Assembly (NCBI GenBank): GCA_963737655.1
Contig: CAVTTN010000002.1
Span: forward strand, 2,496,001-2,560,000
Direction: 5' to 3'
DNA length: 64,000 bases
DNA from: an uncultured Planctomycetota bacterium
GTDB lineage: Bacteria; Planctomycetota; Planctomycetia; Isosphaerales; Isosphaeraceae
Below, piece after piece: positions 39,177 through 48,883 of this stretch. Position 1 is the stretch's first letter, and every line of letters begins with the position of its first letter. The notes below the pieces were generated by a model that was not told the origin of the DNA, did no database searches, and saw nothing but the letters and a program-made list of their open reading frames with translations. Both the position numbers and the translations under genes were made by a program.

Positions 39177-42100
39177 ATGATGGGCAACCTCTCGATCACG
39201 GTCGGCAACTGGTGGTGGCTGATCGCCCTGCCGGTGGTGGTCCCGCCCCTGATCCTGATGAGCGTCAAGAGCCTCTCCGGCCTGGGCCGGGCCCGGCAGG
39301 CCATCGCCATCCTGTTCCGCACCCTGGTGGTGACCCTGATCATCCTGGCGTTGGCGCAGGTCCAGGCCGTCCGCCGCAACGACAAGCTCACGACGATCTT
39401 CCTCGTCGATCGCTCCGAGAGCATCCCGAACGCCCCGAACTGGGGCGATCAGGCGCTCGCTTACGTGAACGCGGCGATCAAGTCCCAGAAACGGACCGAC
39501 GACCTGGCCGGCGTGGTCGTCTTCGGCAAGGAGCCGAAGGTCGAGGTCCCGCCGTCGAGCCACCCGCCCACGCTCAACGGGATCGAGAACGTCCCCGACG
39601 CCGAGTTCACCGACCTGGCCTCCGCGATCAAGCTCGCCCTGGCCTCGTTCCCCGAGGACACCGCCCGGCGGCTCGTGATCCTCTCCGACGGCAACGAGAA
39701 CCGCGGCAACGCGATCGAGCAGGCCATCGCCGCCGAGGGGCTGAAGGTCCAGATCGACGTCCTACCTATTGATTATCGGTATGACGACGAGGTCCTCGTC
39801 GAGAAGGTCTCCACGCCGCCCGACGTGAAGCAGGGGGAGACCGTCAACATCAACGTGGTGATCCGGGCGGCGTCCCCGGCGAAGGGCAAGCTGCAGATCT
39901 TCCGCAAGACCGACAACCACTCGATCCCCCTGACCGACCAGCCGGTCGTGGTCGATCTCCAGCGCGGGATCAACGTCAAGACGATCAAGCAGACGATCGA
40001 GGACCCGGCGTTCTACACCTATACCGCCGAGTTCATCCCCGACGCCGACAGCGGCGACCGCCGCCGGACCAACAACGTCGCGCAAACCTTCGTCCACGCC
40101 CGGGGGATCGCCAACGTCCTCTTGATCGAGGGGACGCGCGGCGAGCACGAGGAGCTCGTCTCGGCCCTGAGGACCAAGGGCCTGCGGGTCGACGTGAAGG
40201 TCGCGCCGAAGATCGAGGCCTCGGGGATCGTCGGCGGCGACCAGTTGCCGACGGACATCGCGCAGCTCCAGCCGTATGACGCGGTGGTCCTGGGCAACGT
40301 CCCCAAGGAGGCGTTCACCGAGGAGCAGATCAAGCTCCTGGCCTCGAACTGCCACGACATGGGCGGCGGCCTCGTCATGATCGGCGGGCCGAACAGCTTC
40401 GGCGCCGGCGGCTGGATGAATACCGAGATCGAGAAGGCCCTGCCCGTCGACATGCAGATCAAGGCCATGAAGGTCATGGGCAAGAGCGCCCTGGTCATGG
40501 TCATGCACGCCAGCGAGATCCCCGAGGGCAACTACTGGCAGAAGGTCGTCTCGCAGGAGGCCCTGAAGACGCTCTCCCCCTACGACTACGCCGGGATGCT
40601 CCACTGGGAGAACGAGGAGGCGTGGCTCTTCACACTCCAGCCGATCGGCGAGAGGAAGGGGATGATGCTCCGGGCCATCGACCGGATGACCCCCGGCGAC
40701 ATGCCCGACTTCGACCCGTCGCTCCAGATGGGGATCAAGGCGCTCAAGTCCAAGACCGACGCGATGACCAAGCACTTCATCGTGATCAGCGACGGCGACC
40801 CGACCCCGCCGACCACCCAGGTCGTCAACCAGCTCGTGGCGAACAAGATCACGGTCACGGCCGTGCTGGTGGCGGCCCACGGCGGCGACTTCGTGGGCGT
40901 CTCGGCGATGCAGAACCTCGCCAACAAGACCAAGGGCCGGTTCTACAACGTCACCAACCCCAAGGCCCTGCCGAGGATCTACCAGAAAGAAGCCCGGCTG
41001 ATCTCCCGCCCCCTGATCTTCGAGCAGCCGAAGGCCTGGGCGCCCCAGGTCCGCATGTTCTCCGAGCCGATTTTGGGCCTGCCGGACAAGCTCCCGGGCA
41101 TCAACGGCCTGGTCCTCACCGAGCTCAAGGAGAGCGAGCTGGTGGAGATGCCTTTGGTGTCTCCGTTGCCGGCCGGGCAGGTCAATCCGCTGCTCGCCCA
41201 CTGGACGTATGGCCTGGGCCGGGCCGTCGCGTTCACCTCCGACGCCGGGAGGAAGTGGACCACCGCCTGGCCGAGCTGGGACAGCTACGCCGCGTTCTGG
41301 TCCCAGGTGATCCGCTGGTCGCTCCGGCCCACCGACAGCGGCAACCTGACGATGAGCCTCCGCCGGGAAGACGGCCGGATCAAGGTCGTGATCGACGCCC
41401 TGGACAAGCAGGACCAGTTCCTCAACTACCTCCAGATCCAGGGGAACGTGCTCAACCCGGACGTCAAGACCGAGTCGCTCCAGCTCTCGCAGACCGCCCC
41501 GGGCCGGTACGAGGCGACGATCGACAAGGCCGAGGCCCGCGGCAACTACTTCGTGAACCTGGGGGCCCGAGGGCCCGACGGCAAGCAGATCTTCATCAGC
41601 GGAGGCGTCTCGGTCCCCTATTCGGACGAGTACCGCGAGCTCAAGTCGAACCCGGAGAAGCTCGCCGAGCTCGCCGGCATGACCGACGGCAAGGAGCTCC
41701 GGTGGATGTACCGGAAGGACGGCCGGCTGGACCTGGACGCCACCGTCCGCACCGCCGACGTCTTCCGCCGGGACCCGAGCATGGTCCCTCCGAGCAGCTT
41801 CACGGACCTCTGGCCGCCGTTGCTCTGGCTGGCCGCGTGCCTGTTCCTGGGCGACGTGGCCGTCCGGCGGGTCTCGCCCGACTTCGAGAGGATGCGAAAG
41901 AACCTGGGCGACGCCTGGAAGACGCTCCGGGGCCGAGAAGTCGCCCCGGCCACCGACTACATGGAGAAGCTCAAGGGCCGCAAGGCCGAGGTCGCCGAGC
42001 AGATCGACCGGGGCCGCTCCGCCACGAGGTTCGAGGCCCCGCCGACCTCGACGATCATCCCGGAGAACTTCGAGCCGGTCGACGAGCCGCTCCTCGGAGG

Positions 42101-42266
42101 CCCCGCCGCCCCCGAGGCCGCGAAGCCCTCGCCCGGCCGGACTTCGCCGAAACCCGGGATGGCCCCCGAGAAGAAGGAGCCGGCCCCGGAGAGCTACACC
42201 AATCGCCTGTTGAAGGCCAAGCAGAAGGTCTGGGAAGATCGGGAGAAGGACAAAGACAAGCCGTGA
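39177..42266 (+). CDS. membrane protein with two vWA domains and a GATase1-like domain
   Basis: DRSES MIDAS, TDL, LSDG; IGGPNSFGAGGW; ISDGDP; YGLGRAVAFTSD; N- and C-terminal TMs. Confidence 0.88.
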   Translation: MMGNLSITVGNWWWLIALPVVVPPLILMSVKSLSGLGRARQAIAILFRTLVVTLIILALAQVQAVRRNDKLTTIFLVDRSESIPNAPNWGDQALAYVNAAIKSQKRTDDLAGVVVFGKEPKVEVPPSSHPPTLNGIENVPDAEFTDLASAIKLALASFPEDTARRLVILSDGNENRGNAIEQAIAAEGLKVQIDVLPIDYRYDDEVLVEKVSTPPDVKQGETVNINVVIRAASPAKGKLQIFRKTDNHSIPLTDQPVVVDLQRGINVKTIKQTIEDPAFYTYTAEFIPDADSGDRRRTNNVAQTFVHARGIANVLLIEGTRGEHEELVSALRTKGLRVDVKVAPKIEASGIVGGDQLPTDIAQLQPYDAVVLGNVPKEAFTEEQIKLLASNCHDMGGGLVMIGGPNSFGAGGWMNTEIEKALPVDMQIKAMKVMGKSALVMVMHASEIPEGNYWQKVVSQEALKTLSPYDYAGMLHWENEEAWLFTLQPIGERKGMMLRAIDRMTPGDMPDFDPSLQMGIKALKSKTDAMTKHFIVISDGDPTPPTTQVVNQLVANKITVTAVLVAAHGGDFVGVSAMQNLANKTKGRFYNVTNPKALPRIYQKEARLISRPLIFEQPKAWAPQVRMFSEPILGLPDKLPGINGLVLTELKESELVEMPLVSPLPAGQVNPLLAHWTYGLGRAVAFTSDAGRKWTTAWPSWDSYAAFWSQVIRWSLRPTDSGNLTMSLRREDGRIKVVIDALDKQDQFLNYLQIQGNVLNPDVKTESLQLSQTAPGRYEATIDKAEARGNYFVNLGARGPDGKQIFISGGVSVPYSDEYRELKSNPEKLAELAGMTDGKELRWMYRKDGRLDLDATVRTADVFRRDPSMVPPSSFTDLWPPLLWLAACLFLGDVAVRRVSPDFERMRKNLGDAWKTLRGREVAPATDYMEKLKGRKAEVAEQIDRGRSATRFEAPPTSTIIPENFEPVDEPLLGGPAAPEAAKPSPGRTSPKPGMAPEKKEPAPESYTNRLLKAKQKVWEDREKDKDKP

Positions 42267-42339
42267 ACCGGAGGCGGCCCACCCTCTTCCCTGGGGCCTC
42301 ACCGACCTGCCCACGGCGTCGAGAATCCGAGGAACCGCG

Positions 42340-42970
42340 ATGGCCACGGCAATCGAGACATTGACGATCCCGGAGATGACCTCGGAGGCTCGCCGGGCCG
42401 TATGCGTTCCGCGCCGACCAGTTCCTCGTCATGATCGAGGTGGGCCTCTTCGCCGACGAGGAACTGGTCGAACTCTGGGAAGGGCAGGTCGTTCGGAAGA
42501 TGGCCAAGAGCTTGCCGCATGCCATGTCCTACGGGCTGGCGGTCGAGGCGTTCTTCCGGGTCCTCCCGCCGGGCTGGTGCGTCTGGCCCGAGAACCCCCT
42601 GGTGATCGGCCCGAAGGCGGTCCCCCTGCCCGACCTGACCATCCTCCGGGGCCGACTGAAGGACTACTGGGACCGCCACCCCCAAGCCTCCGACGTCGGC
42701 CTGATCGTGGAGGTGGCGCAAACCAGCCTGAGGACCGACATCGGCTCGAAGCTCCAGGGCTACGCGAGGGCCGGCATCCCGGCGTACTGGGTCATCGATC
42801 TCATCCACTCCGAGGTCCGCACCTTCGCCGATCCGTCGGATTCCGAGGCGAAGGACCGGACGGAGATCGCCTACCGACGGGGACAATCGATCCCGCTGAC
42901 GCTCGATGGCGTCGCCATCCCGCCGATCCCCGTCGATGACCTCCTGCCGCCCTCTCCGCCGGGCCGTTAG
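42340..42970 (+). CDS. Uma2 family endonuclease (+1 frameshift at ~42388)
   Basis: VELWEG, H, PDL, LIVEVA, K..YARAGIPAYWVIDL. Removing one G joins MATAIET.. to LAGPYAFRADQF. Confidence 0.85.
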
Positions 42971-43052
42971 CGACTCCGAAGCCCCCTGCATCGATCGAGA
43001 AGAGAAAACCGTCCGCAACCTCCGAAATCGAAATCACCCAGGACCCCCGACG

Positions 43053-44084
<1,032 letters not shown>

Positions 44085-44115
44085 TCCCGGGACGGCCCCT
44101 TGCGGAACCCCACCG

Positions 44116-44484
44116 ATGAGAGACATCTACGACCCGCCCCCGGCCGCCCTGTCCATGCCCCCGCCGGCCCACGAGCCGTTGCGAATCCGCCGGGGGGACG
44201 TGGCGTGGCTCGCGGCGATCGCCGCGGTGGTCACGTTCGCGGCGGTCTGGATCTCGGCCGTCGAGCCGACGATCTGGCCGTGGGTCGCCGGGGGAGGGCT
44301 CGTCGTGGTCCTGGAGAGCTGGTTCTCCGCGCTGACGTACCTCCGCCGCCACTCGGGCGAATCGTCGCGGCCCGGCCGTCGAGGGATGATCTTCCTGGCC
44401 GCCCTGGTGCCCTGGATCCTGGAGCTGGGCTTCGCCGCCGCCCTGATCCTCGCCCTGTTCCTGGCGTCGGACCGGGCCCGCTAA
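44116..44484 (+). CDS. small three-TM hypothetical protein
   Basis: 122 aa, three hydrophobic segments, co-oriented in the operon. Confidence 0.7.
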   Translation: MRDIYDPPPAALSMPPPAHEPLRIRRGDVAWLAAIAAVVTFAAVWISAVEPTIWPWVAGGGLVVVLESWFSALTYLRRHSGESSRPGRRGMIFLAALVPWILELGFAAALILALFLASDRAR

Positions 44485-44543
44485 GTGCGAGCGGCCTCGA
44501 GCGCCGCCCGATCGCCGGCCCCCTCCCCTACCCCGAGACAGTC

Positions 44544-45143
44544 ATGACGCTCTCGAAATCGATCGATTACCTCACCCGCCCGCTCTTCCTCTCGCGACTG
44601 ATTGCGTACAAGATCCACCTGCGCCTGCATCCCGAGGAGCCCTGGATCGCCCCCAGCGCCGTGAAGTTCTGCGACGAGGCCCTGAACCGCGACGGCCAGG
44701 GCCTGGAGTGGGGCAGCGGCCGGAGCACCACCTGGTTCGCCCGCCGGCTCCGGTCGCTCCTGAGCATCGAATACGACCAGGGCTGGCAGGCCCGCGTCTC
44801 GGCGACCCTCCGCGAGCAGGGGCTGACCTCGGCCGAATGCCGATACGTCCCCCTGGACCACCCCCGCTCGGCGCCGACCCCGGCCGTCTACCCCGAGACC
44901 CCGGCCTACGTCCGGGTCGCCGAGGAGTTCGCCGACGACTCGCTCGACCTCGTCGTCGTCGATGGCCACTACCGGACGGCCTGCATCCTCGCCGCGATCC
45001 CCAAGATCAAGCCCGGCGGCCTCCTCGTCGTGGACAACACCGACCGGATGCCCCTGCCCGAATGGGGCGTCCCCGCCGACTGGCCCGTCGCCCATCAGGG
45101 GCGCAACGTGGTGACCGAGACGACGGTCTGGCGGAAGCCCTGA
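44544..45143 (+). CDS. class I SAM-dependent methyltransferase-like protein
   Basis: LEWGSGRST, SIEYD, DLVVVDG, KPGGLLVVDN. Confidence 0.82.
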   Translation: MTLSKSIDYLTRPLFLSRLIAYKIHLRLHPEEPWIAPSAVKFCDEALNRDGQGLEWGSGRSTTWFARRLRSLLSIEYDQGWQARVSATLREQGLTSAECRYVPLDHPRSAPTPAVYPETPAYVRVAEEFADDSLDLVVVDGHYRTACILAAIPKIKPGGLLVVDNTDRMPLPEWGVPADWPVAHQGRNVVTETTVWRKP

Positions 45144-45183
45144 GACCGCGCCGATCCCAGACCGACCTCACCCCGAGGCCCCC

Positions 45184-46077
45184 ATGCCCACCGCCGCCGC
45201 CGCCCCATTGCTCGACCCCGAGTTCCTCCACAAGCTGGAGCAGCTCGAACTCGTCAGCCGCAAGATCTTCGTCGGCCGGATGAAGGGCGAGCGCAAGAGC
45301 AAGCGCCGGGGGTCGTCCGTCGAGTTCGCCGACCACCGCAACTACACCACCGGCGACGACCTCCGCCACATCGACTGGAACGTCTACGGGCGGCTGGACA
45401 AGCTCTTCCTCAAGCTCTTCCTCGAAGAAGAAGACCTGCACTTCTACACGCTCCTGGACACCAGCCTGTCGATGGATTTCGGCGAGCCGACGAAGCTCCA
45501 CTACGGCAAGCAGGTGGCGGCGGCGCTGTCGTTCATCGGCCTGGTCAACCACGACCGGGTGATGATGGACACCTTCAGCACGGCCCTGGATCGCGGGATG
45601 CCCAGCGTCCGGGGCCGGTCGCAGATGTGGCGGGTGGTGGGCTATCTCGACGCGTTGCAGGCCTCCGGCCAGTCGAACCTCACGGCGGCGGCCAAGGGGT
45701 TCGCGATCAAGCACTCGGGCAAGGGGATCGTCGTCGTCGTCTCGGACTTCCTGGACAAGAGGGGCTACCAGGAAGCCCTCCGCTACCTCCTGGCCCGCAA
45801 CCTGGACATCTACGTCGTCCACGTCCTGAGCCGGGAGGAGGTCGAGCCCGAGCTCGCCGGGGACCTGAAGCTCGTGGACTCCGAAGACGGCGACATCGCC
45901 GAGATCACCGTCAGCGCCCCGCTGTTGAAGCGGTACAAGGACAACCTCAACGCCTTCGTCGGCGGCCTGAAGCAGTGGTGCACTCAGCGTGGGATCACTT
46001 ATATTTTCACGACGAATCACAACCCGTTCGACAAGCTGATCCTCAACTACCTCCGAGAGCGCGGGCTGGTCAAATGA
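45184..46077 (+). CDS. DUF58 domain protein
   Basis: GSSVEFADHRNYTTGDDLRHIDWN, DTSLSM, VSDF. Confidence 0.94.
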   Translation: MPTAAAAPLLDPEFLHKLEQLELVSRKIFVGRMKGERKSKRRGSSVEFADHRNYTTGDDLRHIDWNVYGRLDKLFLKLFLEEEDLHFYTLLDTSLSMDFGEPTKLHYGKQVAAALSFIGLVNHDRVMMDTFSTALDRGMPSVRGRSQMWRVVGYLDALQASGQSNLTAAAKGFAIKHSGKGIVVVVSDFLDKRGYQEALRYLLARNLDIYVVHVLSREEVEPELAGDLKLVDSEDGDIAEITVSAPLLKRYKDNLNAFVGGLKQWCTQRGITYIFTTNHNPFDKLILNYLRERGLVK

Positions 46078-46220
46078 AGCTGGACCTGAGCCGATTCACG
46101 GTCACGAGCCCCGTGGTCTTCTTCGCCGCGGCGACGCTGGTGGTGGCGTACCTGGTGTACATGATCGTCCGCAAGAGACGGGGCGAGCGCCCCGGCTTCG
46201 ACCGCGAGCCCGAGATCTGA
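46074..46220 (+). CDS. 48-aa single-TM microprotein
   Basis: ATGA overlap with the DUF58 stop; MKLDLSRFTVTSPVVFFAAATLVVAYLVYMIVRKRR...; fills the gap before the BatA-like gene. Confidence 0.68.
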   Translation: MKLDLSRFTVTSPVVFFAAATLVVAYLVYMIVRKRRGERPGFDREPEI

Positions 46221-46231
46221 GAAAGGCCCCC

Positions 46232-48352
46232 ATGCCGCCGACGATCGGACCCGTCCTCGCCCTGGGCCCCGAATTGACCCTGGCCAGCCCCCTCGGGGCG
46301 GCGGCCTGGGCCGTCCTCGCCGGAATCCCGGTCGGCATCGTCGCGCTGTACTTCCTCAAGCTCCGCCGGAGGCCCGTGCAGGTCGCCAGCACCCTGCTCT
46401 GGAGGCGGAGCCTGGAGGACCTCCACGTCAACAGCCTGTTCCAGAGGCTGAGGAAGAACCTCCTGCTGTTCCTCCAGCTCCTGGCGGTGTTCCTGGCGAT
46501 GTTCGCGCTGTCGGGCCTGAAGTTCAAGGGGTTGACCACCGCCGGCAGGCGGCTGGTCGTGGCCATCGACGAATCGGCGAGCATGGGGGCGACCGACGTG
46601 AGGCCCTCCCGCCTGGGGGACGCCAAGGCCCAGGCCCTGAAGCTGATCGACGGGATGAGCGGCGAGGACCTCGCCATGATCGTCGCCTTCTCCGACCGCG
46701 CCCGGGTCGTCTCCAACTATTCGAGCAACCGCGACCTCCTCCGCCGGAGGGTCCAGGAGATCGTCCCGACCGAGAGCACGACGAACCTCCGCGAGGCGCT
46801 CCAGGTCGTCGCCGGCCTGGCCAATCCCTCCTCCGACCGGGCCGCCCGCGAGGGCGTGGTGGCCACCGAGGCGATGGTCCCGCCCCACCTGACGATCTTC
46901 ACCGACGGCGGCTTCCCCGACGTCGAGGGCTTCTCCATCGGCACCATCGAGCCCGAGATCGTCATCGTCGGCCCCGCCCCGCCCCGCCCGGACGTGCCCC
47001 TCAAGCCGGGCCAGAAGCCGCCGCCGGCCCCCTCCGACAACGTCGCGATCCTCGCGCTCTCCTCGGCCCGCAACGAGGAGAAGCCCGACCAGTTCCAGGT
47101 CTTCGGCCGGGTGAAGAACTACCGGGCCGAGGCCGTGAAGACCGAGGCCCGCCTGATCCGCCACGACCCCAAGACCCCCGGCGACGCCGGCGCCCTGGTC
47201 GATGCCGTCGCCCTGTCGATCGACGGCCAGTCCGAGCAGTCCTTCAGCTTCAACCTCCAGGAAAACGGCCTGGACGAGCTGGAGGTCCGCATCGACCTGA
47301 AGGACTCGCTCGACCTGGACAATCGCGCCTTCACCGTCTTCGGCAACCCGAGGAAGGCGCAGGTCCTCCTGGTGGTCGGCCAGGACCGCTACCTGACCGA
47401 CACCCTGATGACCCCTGCGGCCGCCGAGATGGCCGACGTCGTCCGGCGGACGCCCGAGGAGGCGAAGGCGCCCGAGAGCCTCCGGGAGATCGGATCGGGC
47501 CGTTACGACCTGATCATCTACGACGGCGTGAGGCCCGACGCCCCTCCCGAGGCCAACGCCCTGTACTTCGGCGTCCTGCCGCCCGGCCCGGCCTATGAGA
47601 AGTCCAAGGCCCTGGCCGAACCCGTCATCATGGACTGGGACGTGTCGCACCCCTTGATGCAGTACATCCGCGACCTCGGCACGGTGGCGATCCGCAAGGC
47701 CGTCACGTGCGAGCCGCCCCCGGGATCGACGGTCCTGATCGAGGGGGACGGCGGCCCCCTGGCCTTCATCGCCCCTCGCAACGGCTTCGCCGACGCCGTG
47801 GTGGCCTTCGGCCTGATCGACGGCGCGGAATTCAACACCAACTGGCCCGTCCGCATCAGCTTCCCCCTGTTCCTCTACAACGCCCTCCGCTACCTGGGCA
47901 ACGCCCGGGACGTCGCCGGAGGGGGAGACGCCCACCTGCCCAACATGCCGGTGGTCCTCCGGGCCGACTCCACGGCCGAATTCCTCGACGTCTCCGGGCC
48001 CGACGGCAAGCTCCTCGATCGGATCAAGCGGACCCCCCAGGGCGCCTTCCTGTTCAACAAGGCCAAGTCCACGGGGATCTACCACGTGAAGTGGGGCAAG
48101 GACTCCGGCTCCAGCTTCAGCGTGAACCTCTTCGACGCGAGGGAGAGCGACCTCTCGACCCGGGGGCTGGCCCCCGAGGGCTCGACCGCCGAGGAGGTCG
48201 AGGCCGCGAAGATCAAGATCGGCTTCACCCCGGTCGCCGGCACCCGAGCCACCTCCACCGGCCTCCGCGACCTGTGGATCTACGTCGCCGCCGCCATGCT
48301 CGGCGTCGTCTTGCTGGAGTGGTATATCTACAACCGACGGGTCTACGTCTGA
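46232..48352 (+). CDS. BatA N-terminal domain plus vWA domain protein
   Basis: LYFLKLRRRPVQVASTLLW, DESASM, TDG, LDN, C-terminal TM LLEW. Confidence 0.9.
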   Translation: MPPTIGPVLALGPELTLASPLGAAAWAVLAGIPVGIVALYFLKLRRRPVQVASTLLWRRSLEDLHVNSLFQRLRKNLLLFLQLLAVFLAMFALSGLKFKGLTTAGRRLVVAIDESASMGATDVRPSRLGDAKAQALKLIDGMSGEDLAMIVAFSDRARVVSNYSSNRDLLRRRVQEIVPTESTTNLREALQVVAGLANPSSDRAAREGVVATEAMVPPHLTIFTDGGFPDVEGFSIGTIEPEIVIVGPAPPRPDVPLKPGQKPPPAPSDNVAILALSSARNEEKPDQFQVFGRVKNYRAEAVKTEARLIRHDPKTPGDAGALVDAVALSIDGQSEQSFSFNLQENGLDELEVRIDLKDSLDLDNRAFTVFGNPRKAQVLLVVGQDRYLTDTLMTPAAAEMADVVRRTPEEAKAPESLREIGSGRYDLIIYDGVRPDAPPEANALYFGVLPPGPAYEKSKALAEPVIMDWDVSHPLMQYIRDLGTVAIRKAVTCEPPPGSTVLIEGDGGPLAFIAPRNGFADAVVAFGLIDGAEFNTNWPVRISFPLFLYNALRYLGNARDVAGGGDAHLPNMPVVLRADSTAEFLDVSGPDGKLLDRIKRTPQGAFLFNKAKSTGIYHVKWGKDSGSSFSVNLFDARESDLSTRGLAPEGSTAEEVEAAKIKIGFTPVAGTRATSTGLRDLWIYVAAAMLGVVLLEWYIYNRRVYV

Positions 48353-48475
48353 GCCGGTCGGGATGGGGGAGATGGCGGGCATCCGAACCATGGCGTCGGA
48401 TTGCTCTGCAGGAAACCCCGGTGATGGAGAGGAATCCAGTAGGTCCGACTTCAGTCGGGCCTAAAAGAATCCCTT

Positions 48476-48718
48476 GGCTCATGAGTCCGGATTGGTGGTC
48501 ACGTCGGATTTCCCTCGTTCCCACGCGCGTTCGTGTTTAACGGCTGAGAAGGCGGTATTTGTAGGGTCCGCGATTGCGGACCTCTTCGATTTCCCTTCGT
48601 CGCGAAGAGGTCCGCAATCGCGGACCCTACAAAAACCGCGATTCGAGGCGCTAAACACGTACCCACGCGCCGCGTGGGAACGAGTCGTTGAGCAAGCACC
48701 AACGCGGGATCATGAGCC
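48476..48718. mobile_element. MITE (layer 3), inverted and internally collapsed sister of 32292-32484, 8-bp TSD
   Basis: GGCTCATGAG..ATCATGAGCC ends; AATCCCTT at 48468-48475 and 48719-48726. Confidence 0.9.
48529..48662. mobile_element. 134-bp MITE (layer 4) carrying a family D REP doublet, 8-bp TSD
   Basis: GTTCGTGTTT..AAACACGTAC ends; CCACGCGC at 48521-48528 and 48663-48670. Confidence 0.9.
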
Positions 48719-48862
48719 AATCCCTTTTTTCGTAGGCCCGACTGAAGTCGGACCTACTGGATTCCTTTCCATCACCGGGGTTTTCTACAAAGCAGTGTCG
48801 GATCATGTTTTCCGTAGCGTAACATGATCCGACACTTTTTTCGGATGCCCGCCATTTCCCTC

Positions 48863-48883
48863 GGTGCATCCCATGCACCCTAC
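48863..48883 (-). repeat. family A GTAG REP, solo
   Basis: Minus strand GTAGGGTGCATGGGATGCACC; contains the TAG stop of the heme protein. Confidence 0.85.

Larger units (their letters stand above)
48400..48796. mobile_element. MITE-like element (layer 2) carrying a family E REP doublet, 5-bp TSD
   Basis: About 63-bp imperfect arms including GTAGGTCCGACTTCAGTCGGGCCTA; GTCGG at 48395-48399 and 48797-48801. Confidence 0.75.
48367..48860. repeat. outer palindromic element hosting three nested insertions
   Basis: 21-bp IR 48367-48387 / 48840-48860 (1 mismatch); internal GTCGGATCATGTT..AACATGATCCGAC hairpin. Confidence 0.8.

Noticed and set aside
48474..48878. Short ORFs across the nested repeat (also 32087-32503, 4551-4793)
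   Set aside because: Translations of palindromic repeats with no transposase motifs.
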